Source of the DNA: Nitrospinales bacterium | Lineage (GTDB): Bacteria; Nitrospinota; Nitrospinia; Nitrospinales; VA-1 | Direction of reading: 5' to 3' | Assembly: GCA_965223795.1 (NCBI GenBank) | Contig: CBDCXL010000002.1 | Coordinates: 1,888,001 to 1,952,000, forward strand | DNA: 64,000 bases | In this document: positions 51,725 through 61,722 of the stretch, piece by piece | Position numbering within the stretch: position 1 is the stretch's first letter | Layout of the letters: each line of letters starts with the position of its first letter | Position numbers and translations under genes: made by a program | The notes under the pieces: model-generated | Database searches by the model: none | What the model was told of the DNA's origin: nothing | Seen by the model: only the letters and a program-made list of their open reading frames with translations

Positions 51725-52129
51725 TCAGAAGCGGAATTTGAACAGGACCGGGGGATCGGTGTGGACGCCGCTCTTGGGGGTGGAATAGAACGGGTCCCAG
51801 GGGTCGGGATGTTCCCTGGGATCGTAATGCGGGGAGGACGGGCTTTCGATGCGTCCCTTCTCAAGTGTCAGACTTTTGTCCTTTTGTTCCTGTTGCTGTT
51901 CCCGCCAGTTGTTTTGCGGTTCTTTTTTTTGCCGCCATTCCTGTTTCAAATCGAACACCCGCTTCGAAAGCGGGACACGGGAATCATCGGGGGCGGAAAG
52001 TGGCGGCAGCGGATTGGCGCGGACCGCGACGTTGAGGGCGAGCGTCATCGCGACCGCCGTGGTGAGAAACAAAAACGCGAAGGGTTTTTTGTTATCCGAA
52101 AGTTCTATTGCAAGTGATCCTGTTGCCAT
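51725..52129 (-). CDS. Secreted hypothetical protein ending in LFKFRF
   Basis: Signal-like segment ending AVRA; aromatic alternating C-terminus. Confidence 0.6.
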   Translation of the reverse strand: MATGSLAIELSDNKKPFAFLFLTTAVAMTLALNVAVRANPLPPLSAPDDSRVPLSKRVFDLKQEWRQKKEPQNNWREQQQEQKDKSLTLEKGRIESPSSPHYDPREHPDPWDPFYSTPKSGVHTDPPVLFKFRF

Positions 52130-52929
52130 TTTAAGGACTCAAACCAGTAAGCGTGGGTCGATTTCAGCCAGTTGTCCGCTTCGCGCGTGACGATCCAGGC
52201 ATTGAGAAAGCTTAAAAAGTCGACGTCCCCCTGGGGGATCGCAAACCCCGCCTGGTAGACCAGCAGCGCCTTGGACAAGGGCACGTCGATTTTATCCGAA
52301 TGCCGCAGCGCCAGAAAACGCGGCTGCGGTTTCGATGCCATGTAGGCGTGGACGCTGCCGGACAGGAGCGCCTGTTCCGCTTCCTTGCTTTTTTTGAACT
52401 CTTCGATGGCGGCCTTGGCGAAAATACGTCGCGCCAGGTTTGCGGACACGGTGGCCGCGACGACGGCGATTTTGATTTGCTTCTGATTGAGTTCCTTGAG
52501 GCTTTTGATGTGCCGGGTGGCTTTGGTGTTGGTGGCCAGGTTGATGCCCGAGGTTGCGTAGGGCCGGCTGAAATTCACCTTAAGCGCCCGCTTCGGGGTG
52601 ATGGCCATACCGCCGGCGATGATGTCGATCTCTCCTTTTTTGAGCGCCGGGATCAACTCTTCCCAAATGTAGGGGATGAGCTTCACCGTGACGCCCATGT
52701 CGCGGGCGAGTTTGTTGGCCACGTCGATCTCGAAGCCGACGAGTTTCCCGTCTTTGTCCTTGAGCGTCCAGGGTGTGAAGATGGAAACACCGACGCGCAG
52801 GGTTTTGGATGCGAGGATCTGCTGGAATGTGCGTGTCGTCGCCGCCTCATCGGCGAAGGCGGAAGAAATCCCGCCCAGTGTCAGGCACACAACGAAAGCG
52901 GCGGTGCAAAAAAGCGGTCGAAAGGTCAT
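52105..52929 (-). CDS. Polar amino-acid ABC transporter substrate-binding protein (SBP family 3)
   Basis: LRVG, GFEIDVA, LIPALKKGEIDII and ITPKRALKVNFSRPY motifs. Confidence 0.92.
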   Translation of the reverse strand: MTFRPLFCTAAFVVCLTLGGISSAFADEAATTRTFQQILASKTLRVGVSIFTPWTLKDKDGKLVGFEIDVANKLARDMGVTVKLIPYIWEELIPALKKGEIDIIAGGMAITPKRALKVNFSRPYATSGINLATNTKATRHIKSLKELNQKQIKIAVVAATVSANLARRIFAKAAIEEFKKSKEAEQALLSGSVHAYMASKPQPRFLALRHSDKIDVPLSKALLVYQAGFAIPQGDVDFLSFLNAWIVTREADNWLKSTHAYWFESLKWQQDHLQ

Positions 52930-53049
52930 GCTTTGTCCTCAACTCGTATTGAATAAAAAAAACAAGATAATGCATTTCCGCGGCGGAGGCAATTCACGCC
53001 GGGTCCGGGCAGCGGCTGCGGCCCGCAGCGGGCAACGCGGTGCGGCGGG

Positions 53050-53862
53050 TCAACGCTTGAATTCCTGCATGGCGCGGGCAAGGTCATCGGGCGTGCCGAT
53101 ATCCAGCCAGCGGCCTTCGGGGAAGGTTTCCGCTTCCAGAGGATGCCCCTCCGCCAGCCAGGCCTGCATCACATTGCCCACGTAAAATTCCCGCGATTCG
53201 AGCTCGTGCATCTTGTTGGTTTTGCGCGCCGCCAGAACCAGGCGGGCGAGGTGGTCGTGCAGGTAGCGGGAGAATCGGGGCGTCCACACCGCCATCACCC
53301 AGCAGGTGCCCGGCTCGCTGCTATCGGGCTTGATGGTGATGCGGGTCACCCGGCCCGCGGCGTCGGTTTCCACCATATCGGTTTTGCGCGGATTGTGGGT
53401 GGGGAAAAGACCGAGGACCACGTCGGCGCCGCCGCGCTCCTGGCGCTCGAGCAGCTTGACGTAAGCGTCCTCCGGCTTGAGCAAGACGTCGGGATAACCC
53501 AGGGCGACGCGGTTGTTTTCGAGGAACGGCCAGGCCTGGTCGATGCTGAAGGGACTGCCGTAGGGATGGCCCATCATGAGATACGCAAGGTGCAGGCCAA
53601 ACCGTTCGCCGTCCTGGAAGAAAGCGGGGATGTCCCATTTGCCGGGGCGGATGACCATGAACGCGCGGCCGATGCCTGCCGCCCGAAACCGTTCCAGGAG
53701 GTACTGGCAGGCCACTCTGGGGCGCGGGCCGCCGCCGTCTTCGGAGTCGAGGCCCAGGGGGAACACTTCCTTGCTGCAGGGCAGGGAGCCGAGACGCCGG
53801 CCCCAGCCTGCGGCGGGGATGAGACCGATGACATCGCTGGATTGTTCGGGGGAACGGGACAC
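53050..53862 (-). CDS. Sugar-phosphate nucleotidyltransferase (glucose-1-phosphate thymidylyltransferase-like)
   Basis: GLIPAAGWGRRL..LPCSKE and WLDIGTPDDL motifs. Confidence 0.85.
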   Translation of the reverse strand: MSRSPEQSSDVIGLIPAAGWGRRLGSLPCSKEVFPLGLDSEDGGGPRPRVACQYLLERFRAAGIGRAFMVIRPGKWDIPAFFQDGERFGLHLAYLMMGHPYGSPFSIDQAWPFLENNRVALGYPDVLLKPEDAYVKLLERQERGGADVVLGLFPTHNPRKTDMVETDAAGRVTRITIKPDSSEPGTCWVMAVWTPRFSRYLHDHLARLVLAARKTNKMHELESREFYVGNVMQAWLAEGHPLEAETFPEGRWLDIGTPDDLARAMQEFKR

Positions 53863-53940
53863 GATGGGATTCCTAATCTGGGTTGCCGCCGGAGAATGCG
53901 CCGGCAGGTCGTTGAATTATAGCAGTGATTTCGTCCGGAC

Positions 53941-54291
53941 TCACCGCCTGGGCTCCCGCTTTTCCGCGCAGGGAACGCAGAGCACGTTTTCCGGCATGGC
54001 GAGCAGGCGGCCTGCGGGAATCGCGTTGCCGCAGCGGATGCAGAGGCCGAAATCGGGACGGTCCACATTCTTAAGGGCGGTCTCAAGCCGGGCCAGTTTG
54101 GCGCGGGCGGCGTTTAAAGAGTTTTCGCTCACGGCCTGACTGTTGATGGCTTCCATGCGCGTCAGGCGGCCCAGTGCGTTGTCCGGCGCGACGGGCTTCG
54201 CCGATTCGGTAAGACTTTCAATGAGTTTTTTCTGGGCCGTGATTTCGCCGGTGATTTGCCGTTTGAGTTCTTTACTTTTTTCCTGGGGCAT
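53941..54291 (-). CDS. TraR/DksA C4-type zinc finger protein
   Basis: Coiled coil with PDNALGRLTRMEAI tip; FGLCIRCG..IP..RL..MP...LCVPC. Confidence 0.9.
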   Translation of the reverse strand: MPQEKSKELKRQITGEITAQKKLIESLTESAKPVAPDNALGRLTRMEAINSQAVSENSLNAARAKLARLETALKNVDRPDFGLCIRCGNAIPAGRLLAMPENVLCVPCAEKREPRR

Positions 54292-54586
54292 GGGAACATC
54301 CTAGCATCGATTGAAACCATTTCAGCATGCGGTCAAACGAGTTGCCTTCTTTTTTTGGACAGCGGCCATGACGGGGAAGGAAGTCTTTGATCGGCAAAGG
54401 GCGCAGACCGTGGTGGCTGAGAACCAAAGGAATTGACCGGTATCGGCATGCCGGTGTTGACAATCCTTCCTGCCGCACCTAAACCATTATCATGCAATCC
54501 CTATTGGGTTTCCACGGGTTTCTTTGTTTCCCGATCACGTATAGAGGGTCTGAAAGAATCGTTCAATTTGAATAAGGAATAATACG

Positions 54587-55618
54587 ATGAAATTTCAAAC
54601 AGTCAGCGCGGTCTTTTTTTCCATGATGGCCCTGGTCGCTAGCGGATGCGGCGGGGGCGCTTCGGCTTCCAACAATGTGGCGGCGGGGAGTGGAAGCCAG
54701 ACTCCGGCTTCTTCCGCTGTGAGCGATTCGGGAAACCGGCCCATGCTTGCCTCTGCCGATCAATCCTCCGGCGTGGGCAGTCTGGGAAAAGCCAAGTACA
54801 AGAAAACGGTTGCCGTGTCCCGGTTTGAAAACAAGACCAATGCCCGCGGCCAGCTCACTCTCGGCAGGGGCATGTCCGATCAGCTCGCCGACGCCCTGGT
54901 CAACAGCGGCAATTTTGTCGTGGTCGAGCGGCAGAACCTGAGCGATGTGCTGACGGAGCAGGATTTTGCGCGCAGCGGCCGGACGGCCAAGTCCAAAACC
55001 GCGCAGACGGGTAAAGTCGTTCCCTCGCAGATCCTGATCAAGGGAACGGTCACGGAATTTGAAAGCGAAACCAGCGGCGGCGGTTCCGGTTTCAGCTTCA
55101 AGGGCATCACGCTGGGACAGGAATCGACCAACGCGCACGTGGGCCTGATGATTCGCATCATCGACACGACCACCGGCGAAGTGCTGGCGTCCGAGCGGGT
55201 GGAAGGCAAGGCCGAATCCGGCGGAACCAAGATCGGACTCAGCAAGGGCGGTTACGGGTTCGAGACCGAAGGCTTCAAGAGCACGCCTCTCGGCAAGGCC
55301 ACGCAGATCGCCATCGACCGGGCTGTTTTTCAGATCATTGAAAAGCTGAACGCCATGCCGTTCGAGGGCAAGATCATCCAGGTCAAGGGAGAAACCATCT
55401 ACACCAATATCGGCGAAAGAAACGGCGCCGCGCCGGGAGATGTGTTTACCGTGTTCTCCACCGGCGAGGAGATGATCGACCCGGATACGGGTGAAAGCCT
55501 GGGCTCGGAAGAAGAAAAGGTGGGCACCATCAAGCTCACTTCCGTGAAGGAGAAGTTTTCCAAGGCCTCGGTTGCCAGCGGGCAGGCTTTCGCCAAAGGG
55601 TTCCTCGTCAAGGAATGA
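54587..55618 (+). CDS. CsgG/HfaB-family lipoprotein with C-terminal FlgT-like beta domain
   Basis: ASGC lipobox; VAVSRFENK, FVVVERQNL..VLTEQ, KGTVTEF and RIIDTTTGEV; NIG...G...GDVF...IDPDTGESLG. Confidence 0.85.
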   Translation: MKFQTVSAVFFSMMALVASGCGGGASASNNVAAGSGSQTPASSAVSDSGNRPMLASADQSSGVGSLGKAKYKKTVAVSRFENKTNARGQLTLGRGMSDQLADALVNSGNFVVVERQNLSDVLTEQDFARSGRTAKSKTAQTGKVVPSQILIKGTVTEFESETSGGGSGFSFKGITLGQESTNAHVGLMIRIIDTTTGEVLASERVEGKAESGGTKIGLSKGGYGFETEGFKSTPLGKATQIAIDRAVFQIIEKLNAMPFEGKIIQVKGETIYTNIGERNGAAPGDVFTVFSTGEEMIDPDTGESLGSEEEKVGTIKLTSVKEKFSKASVASGQAFAKGFLVKE

Positions 55619-55677
55619 ACCCAAAGCCTGGGCATAGACAGACAATCCAACAATCCTTTATATGAAAGTGGAGGATC

Positions 55678-55890
55678 ATGCGACATTCCTTACTCTGGAT
55701 GGGAGGGCTGACGGTTTTTTTGCTCACCGCCTGCTCGGGTATGAACAAGGGGCTGGACAGCGCGAACGAAGGCGCTCACCAGGCGGGAAAACCCGTCGGC
55801 AAGGTGATGAAGCTTCCCAGTTCGGTCATGGAAGGCGCGGCGGAAGGCACGACCACGAAGGAAAGTCAGGACAATCCGCTGAACCGTTGA
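55678..55890 (+). CDS. Small entericidin-like lipoprotein
   Basis: LTAC lipobox; GGAGG RBS. Confidence 0.7.
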   Translation: MRHSLLWMGGLTVFLLTACSGMNKGLDSANEGAHQAGKPVGKVMKLPSSVMEGAAEGTTTKESQDNPLNR

Positions 55891-56355
55891 CCGGCACGGG
55901 CGATTTCCTGCTGATCCGTTTTCCAGTCATCCCGCTTGCAGGAACGGGGCGTATAAAAATTCAATAGCGACGCAAAACAGCCGTTCTCCGGTGTGAACCG
56001 GAGACGGCGTCCTTCGCTCCATTCTCCCGCCACAATGCGCCGGTTTACGGGCGTATTCTTATGATGTGCTTTCAAACGCACTGAATTTTCCTTTCCTGTC
56101 GACCTGAATCCACCTTCCTCACGCAGTGCTCTCCAATTCCGTTCCGGGCAACTCATTTTCAATCCTATTGCAAAGTTGTCACCCGCTCTTGGCGGATTTG
56201 TGACATGGAGCTTTTATTCTGGAGTGTGCTTCCCATTCGTGATTTCGCACGCTTTGACTGTGAATCCGCAGCGGGTGGGGAGTGTCCGTGGCGTGACGGA
56301 ACCGGAAACGATATTCGGTCCGCTGCCACAACTTCACCTATTAAGATGAGTCCCT

Positions 56356-57498
56356 ATGAAAGATCGTGGTGAACGTTCTGTTTTGATCATCGACGGCAAC
56401 TGCCAGCTGTCCGTGGTCGTGCTGCGGAGTCTGGCTCGGATTCCCGGCCTGAAGGTGCACATACTCTCCAGTCACCCCGAAACTTCCGTGCGTTTTTGCC
56501 GGCACCGCGCTTCGTTTCACCTGCACGCCGGGGAAGACGATGATGCGGCCTACTTCAAGGCCATCGCCGAGACCGCAAAGCGGGTGAAGGCGGATGTCCT
56601 CTTTCCCGTGAGTGGAGTGGGCATCGGTTTTACCGCAAAGCACAAACAGGCCCTGCAAAAGATCGCCCGTCTCGCGCCGGTTCCGAGCCTGGACAGTTTC
56701 GACACCGCCGACGACAAGTGGCAGCTCGCACAGCTCATGCAGCGGGAAAAGATCCCGGCGCCGCACACGCTGTTCTGGACCCGGGACGATGCGTTCGAAC
56801 GTGAACTCGATCGAATGCGCTTTCCCGTTTTGATCAAGCCCACGCGCTGCAACCACGGCACCCGCATCCGCGGGTTTGAAGACCGTGCGGCTCTCTCGCG
56901 GTTTCTCACCGACAACCGCGACGATGCACGTCCTTACATCATCCAGAGCCGGGTGCCGGGATACGACATCGACTGCAGTGTGTTCTGCCGGGACGGCCGC
57001 ATTGTGGCGCACACGGTGCAGAAGGCGCTCATCGAAAATCCGGTGCCGTTTCGAACGCCGCTGGCGCTCGAGTTCGTACACCACGATGAGGTGTTGCATG
57101 TGGTGCGCCGGCTCATGCGGGCGCTCAACTTCAACGGTGTGGCGCACGTGGATTTGCGTGTGGATTCCCGGGACGGCCGCGTGAAGGTGATCGAAATCAA
57201 CCCCCGCTATTGGGCCAGCCTGCCGGGTTCGCTGGCGGCCGGGGTGAATTTCCCAAAGCTTGCGCTGCACGCGGCGCTGGGACAGCCGCTGCCCGCATTC
57301 GAATACCGGCCGCGCCGCTATATGGATGCGATGGGACTGTTGAAAAAATGGACGCACCGCCTGCCGGGCGGCAGCCCGCCCGCGTTCAAAATTTCGGAAA
57401 TCGGCTGGGAGCCGCTGCTCTCCGATCCGTTGCCGGTGCTCTGGATGAGCTTGAAAAAACTGTGGAAACCGATCGCCCACTTCTCAAAGGCGAAGTGA
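56356..57498 (+). CDS. ATP-grasp domain protein
   Basis: DKWQL, IPAPHT, FPVLIKP, YIIQ and IEINPRYW motifs. Confidence 0.9.
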   Translation: MKDRGERSVLIIDGNCQLSVVVLRSLARIPGLKVHILSSHPETSVRFCRHRASFHLHAGEDDDAAYFKAIAETAKRVKADVLFPVSGVGIGFTAKHKQALQKIARLAPVPSLDSFDTADDKWQLAQLMQREKIPAPHTLFWTRDDAFERELDRMRFPVLIKPTRCNHGTRIRGFEDRAALSRFLTDNRDDARPYIIQSRVPGYDIDCSVFCRDGRIVAHTVQKALIENPVPFRTPLALEFVHHDEVLHVVRRLMRALNFNGVAHVDLRVDSRDGRVKVIEINPRYWASLPGSLAAGVNFPKLALHAALGQPLPAFEYRPRRYMDAMGLLKKWTHRLPGGSPPAFKISEIGWEPLLSDPLPVLWMSLKKLWKPIAHFSKAK

Positions 57499-57622
57499 GA
57501 ACCGGTCCGTTGCCGATTTTTTGCCAGAAGCGGCGTCCCTCCAAGCCCGCAATAACCTGCGAAAATTCCCCACATTATCCTAAGGGCAAATAAATCAAAA
57601 CCCGCATTTCGGAATGCGCCCA

Positions 57623-57651
57623 TTGACAGTCCTGCGGCCGGGTGTGATACT
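57623..57651 (+). promoter_or_regulatory. sigma70 promoter (extended -10) for the downstream lipoprotein
   Basis: TTGACA (57623-57628), 17 nt ending TGT, GATACT (57646-57651). Confidence 0.55.
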
Positions 57652-57708
57652 TGAGTCATCTCTGACATGTTTTTTGATTTAGACCGAATCTGTATGAGGA
57701 GTTTCTCC

Positions 57709-57984
57709 ATGAAACATGGATTCTTCGGTGTTTTGTTTGTTGTCGCCTGTACCGGCATGTTTGGTTGCGCCATCGATCCAATCGACTGGAAGCCGGTGGG
57801 CGGCTGGGAAACGCTCGATTCCAAGCACAGGGCGGAAACCATCCAACAGTGCAAAGAAAAAGAAGATTTCATGAAATGCATGTACGCCAACTCGTATGTG
57901 CGTACGAAAGACGGTTCGGTCCTGTCTTTGAGCCATCTTGAATCGGAACAGGAAGAAATTTCCGTGACCGAGTTCAAACCCTGA
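57709..57984 (+). CDS. Small lipoprotein
   Basis: GAGGAG RBS; MFGC lipobox. Confidence 0.65.
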   Translation: MKHGFFGVLFVVACTGMFGCAIDPIDWKPVGGWETLDSKHRAETIQQCKEKEDFMKCMYANSYVRTKDGSVLSLSHLESEQEEISVTEFKP

Positions 57985-58451
57985 TTGGAAGCGCCCGCTT
58001 CAACGCCTGTTCTGTAAGCATTCTTCAATCTGCAAAGATTTTTTTTGCGCCGCTCACGCGGATGCCAACCGTTCGATCCCGCATTCAATTCGTTGCCAAC
58101 ACGAACTCGTTGTTCTTTCCCTACTCTTTGGGAACGCATCTTCCCTTTTCCAGAAAACGCCGTTCGATAGAACGGGACTTGTCTTTCCTTCATTTTTCAA
58201 ATTCTGAAAGCTGAAACCGGATCTGCGCGCCGCCCTGCGCGCAAGGGAGCGCAGCGGGCGGTCCGGCCTGAGGCCCTCACTGCGCTGAGGACCTAATGGC
58301 TTGTTTACAAAGTGAGTCTTGCGCTCAGGTTGACAGTGCAGGCTGCATTCGAATGATGGCGTCGCAAAATATCCTTCATGTGAATTCATTACAAATTTGC
58401 CATGAGTTAACAATTGAGGTATGATTCGCCCATCTTGCTCAAGGTCGGGCT

Positions 58452-59411
58452 ATGACTACCTTTCGTGTGCAGACAGAAACCAGGACGTTTCTGCTTTTTA
58501 GCCTTCTCGTTGCTTCGTTGTTGATCTTGAATTGCGATGCGTCCGCCGGTGAACGGGTCAAGTGGGACAAGGTCAATTCCCGTGCTGGCGGTTCCACATC
58601 CTTGTCGGATCTGGATGGATGCCGTGAATGCCATGCGGCTTACATCAAAGGATTCGAACGCACCAAACACGCACGCGCTTTCCGAGCGGGCCTGGGAAAA
58701 CGTAAAGGGCTTTTCTGCGAAGAATGCCACGGCCCTTTAGGAAATCACAAAGACGATCCGGTGAAGGAATTCGGGACGCCGTTTGTGGTTTCTTTCAAAA
58801 AAATTCCTTCCGAAACGAAAAACCGCATCTGCCTGCAATGTCATGAAAGCGGACTGCGCATGGACTGGCAGGGAAGCCCGCACGAAGCCACGGGCGTCAA
58901 CTGCACCAATTGCCATTATGTGACAAAGAAACGCAGCAAACGGAAACTCTTCATCTATGAGGATTCCAAAAACGCCTGCTTCCAATGTCACCGTGGGCTC
59001 AAAGCAAGACTGCTCAGAAACTCGCACCATCCTCTGCGTGAAGGAAAAATGGATTGTGCGAGCTGCCACAACCCGCACGGCGGGCCGGGACCGAGCCTTC
59101 TGAAAATGGCGACGGTCAACGAGACCTGCAACAGCTGCCATCAGGAAAAACGCGGCCCCTTCGTCTGGGAGCACGCCCCCGTCCGGGAAAACTGTCTCAC
59201 CTGCCATGAATCGCACGGATCCAATTTCAGCCGGCTGTTGAAACGTCGTGCCCCGTATCTTTGCCAGGAATGCCATATCAGTGGACACGTCAGCTCTCTG
59301 TTTGATGGAGCGGACCTGGGGTCGCAGTTTTTCCGCGGGAAGTCTTGTTTGAATTGTCATAGTAAGGTTCACGGATCGAACCACCCTTCCGGGGCCCGGT
59401 TCCAGAGATAA
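58452..59411 (+). CDS. Periplasmic decaheme c-type cytochrome, MtrA/MtoA/DmsE family
   Basis: Signal peptide; ten CxxCH motifs (CRECH, CEECH, CLQCH, CTNCH, CFQCH, CASCH, CNSCH, CLTCH, CQECH, CLNCH); KRGPFVWEHAPV; C-terminal HGSNHPSG..FQR. Confidence 0.96.
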   Translation: MTTFRVQTETRTFLLFSLLVASLLILNCDASAGERVKWDKVNSRAGGSTSLSDLDGCRECHAAYIKGFERTKHARAFRAGLGKRKGLFCEECHGPLGNHKDDPVKEFGTPFVVSFKKIPSETKNRICLQCHESGLRMDWQGSPHEATGVNCTNCHYVTKKRSKRKLFIYEDSKNACFQCHRGLKARLLRNSHHPLREGKMDCASCHNPHGGPGPSLLKMATVNETCNSCHQEKRGPFVWEHAPVRENCLTCHESHGSNFSRLLKRRAPYLCQECHISGHVSSLFDGADLGSQFFRGKSCLNCHSKVHGSNHPSGARFQR

Positions 59412-59500
59412 TTCCTGTTCTTGTGTTGGATTTATGATTGCTATTCGATCTGAGCAGCTTGATTGCAAGTGTCTAAAGTGAAACCGGTGGGGGCGGATTC

Positions 59501-61624
59501 ATGACTCGCAAACGATTCCCGATAAGCCTGGTTGTGATTTTCTGGCTGCTGCTGCCTGTTTCCGTGTACTCCCAGGACGCACAGACCGGTGCCGGTACAG
59601 CGCCCGCCGGTCCCGAAAACCTGAGCGGGTCGGTCACGCTGGGCGGCGCGGGAGTCAGCCTGAACCGGGAGTCCTTCAAGTTCGGCGAGTACACGGGTAT
59701 CGAAGACACCGGCGGTTATTTCGTCGGCGAAGCGGACCTGAACTATCACCGCGATTCGTATTACGCCGATTTTTTCGTGGACAATCTGGGGCTGGAACAC
59801 CGCAATATTTATTTTGAAGTCGGCCGCCTGGGGGACTACAGCTCGTTCGTGGAATACGACCAGCAGCCGCACCTGCTCAACAACACCGGCACGACCTCCT
59901 TCCAGGGAGTGGGCGGGACCACGCTGACGGGCGGTTCCACCGTCGGTCCGTTCCGTTCGATCGATCAGGATACGGACACCGACACCCTTCACGCCGGCAT
60001 CAAAAAAACGTTCGGCGCGAACAGGGAAAATGATTTTCTGGTGACGTTCCGGCGCATGGAAAAGGACGGCGTTCAGGATCTGGGCGCGACCTTCGGCTTC
60101 GCCAATGCCACGATCCTGCCGGAGCCGGTGGACCAGGTGACGAATGAGGTGCGGACTTCGCTGGCCCACAACGGGGAACGGGCGCAGGTGAAGCTGGAAT
60201 ATTTTCTTTCCCTGTTTGAAAACAAGGATCAATCCATTTTCTTCAACAACCCGTTCGTCGCGGGCAACGGGCTGATCTCCAGGGATCCGGACAACACCTA
60301 CCACAAAGTGAGCCTGACGGGCGGATACAGCCTGTCGCCGACAACGCGGATCACCGGAATCGCGGAATACGGAAGAACGCGCCAGGATGAACAGCTTCTG
60401 GGCTTCAGCATCAATCCGGCGGCGGTGGTGACGACGCCGGTGCCCCGGCAGAGTGCGGACGCGACCATTCAGACCATTCACCTGGGCATGAAACTGGCGA
60501 CGCGGCCGTTTTCAAAGTTGTCTGTCGGCGGCAGTTACAGATATTACCAGACGATCAACGACACGCCGAGCCAGCTGTTTCTGTACATTCCCAATGACGG
60601 GACGGCGCAGAACGCCATCACCGCGGCCAACGCGCTGTTCACGCAGCCATACGATTATATTCAGAACAAGGCGGGGGTGTTCGCCGCGTACCGGGCTCCG
60701 CTGAGCACCACGGTGAAGCTTCATTACGATGTGGACTGGCGCAACCGCGACCGGCGGGCCGTGGAGCACACGGTGGAGCAGACCGTGAAAAGCAGCGTTC
60801 GGTTCGGGCATCTCGATTTCATGGATGTGTATGTTCATGGACTCTACGCCAACCGGCGCGGCGATAAGTACGACCCCAGCCAGGTTTTCAACGACCGCCA
60901 CACGGCGCAGTTCATCGGCACGGGAGCGACGTTCGACGTGTTTCCGGATCTTCAGCAACTGGACATCGCCAACCGGGAGCGGGTGAAGTTCGGAACGGAT
61001 CTTGATTTTTTTCTCCTGTCGAATGTGGGCCTGGGCCTGAGCTACAGCTACGTGGACGACGATTACCCCAACGCGACGCTGGGGTTCACCGAATCCATGC
61101 GGCAGACAGCTTCCATCGACGTCAATTTCACGGGCAAGTACGAATCATATTATGTGTATTACACCTATGACAATGCGGATTCGCAGCAGAAGGGCCGGGT
61201 TGTGAACGCGGATCTGAACACGAACTGGGAGTCCAGTCTGGACGACATCACACACACGGTCGGTGTGGGCGGCAAGCTGGGGTTCATGCACAACCGGCTG
61301 TGGGTGGGGGCGGACTATTCGTACTCGCAGACGATCTCCGACATCAGCTTCATCGCCGCGCCCGGCGCCGGAACGGTGACGCCGGTGGATGACATCCAGG
61401 CGACCCTGCACACGGTCAAGCTCCACTCCTTCTACAAACTGGACGACCACATCGACGTCGGCATCAGGTACAAGGGCCAGCGTTACGATGCGGACAATTT
61501 TTTCACCGACGGCGTCAATCCCAACACGCTGGGCACGGTGCTGTTCCTCGGCGGGTCCAACCCCAACTATTACGCGCATATCGGGCTGCTCTACGCCACC
61601 TACCATTTCGGCGGACGCAACTGA
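59501..61624 (+). CDS. MtrB/PioB/MtoB-family outer-membrane beta-barrel porin
   Basis: Signal peptide; FKFGEYTG, LPEPVD, PDN and ANRER motifs; amphipathic beta strands; PNYYAH near the C-terminus; directly follows the decaheme gene. Confidence 0.93.
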   Translation: MTRKRFPISLVVIFWLLLPVSVYSQDAQTGAGTAPAGPENLSGSVTLGGAGVSLNRESFKFGEYTGIEDTGGYFVGEADLNYHRDSYYADFFVDNLGLEHRNIYFEVGRLGDYSSFVEYDQQPHLLNNTGTTSFQGVGGTTLTGGSTVGPFRSIDQDTDTDTLHAGIKKTFGANRENDFLVTFRRMEKDGVQDLGATFGFANATILPEPVDQVTNEVRTSLAHNGERAQVKLEYFLSLFENKDQSIFFNNPFVAGNGLISRDPDNTYHKVSLTGGYSLSPTTRITGIAEYGRTRQDEQLLGFSINPAAVVTTPVPRQSADATIQTIHLGMKLATRPFSKLSVGGSYRYYQTINDTPSQLFLYIPNDGTAQNAITAANALFTQPYDYIQNKAGVFAAYRAPLSTTVKLHYDVDWRNRDRRAVEHTVEQTVKSSVRFGHLDFMDVYVHGLYANRRGDKYDPSQVFNDRHTAQFIGTGATFDVFPDLQQLDIANRERVKFGTDLDFFLLSNVGLGLSYSYVDDDYPNATLGFTESMRQTASIDVNFTGKYESYYVYYTYDNADSQQKGRVVNADLNTNWESSLDDITHTVGVGGKLGFMHNRLWVGADYSYSQTISDISFIAAPGAGTVTPVDDIQATLHTVKLHSFYKLDDHIDVGIRYKGQRYDADNFFTDGVNPNTLGTVLFLGGSNPNYYAHIGLLYATYHFGGRN

Positions 61625-61722
61625 TCCTCCCGGCCGCCCCTCCTTGAGCACATTGCCGGTGATCCCGGGGCATCAAAGCAATCGTATTTTTAAAACTTGA
61701 ATGCGGGTGGGATGCAGCCGTC

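Noticed and set aside
58378..58395. Rex/CRP/FNR-like box (ATGTGAATTCATTACAAA) upstream of the decaheme cytochrome
   Set aside because: Only one half-site matches well; too weak to call
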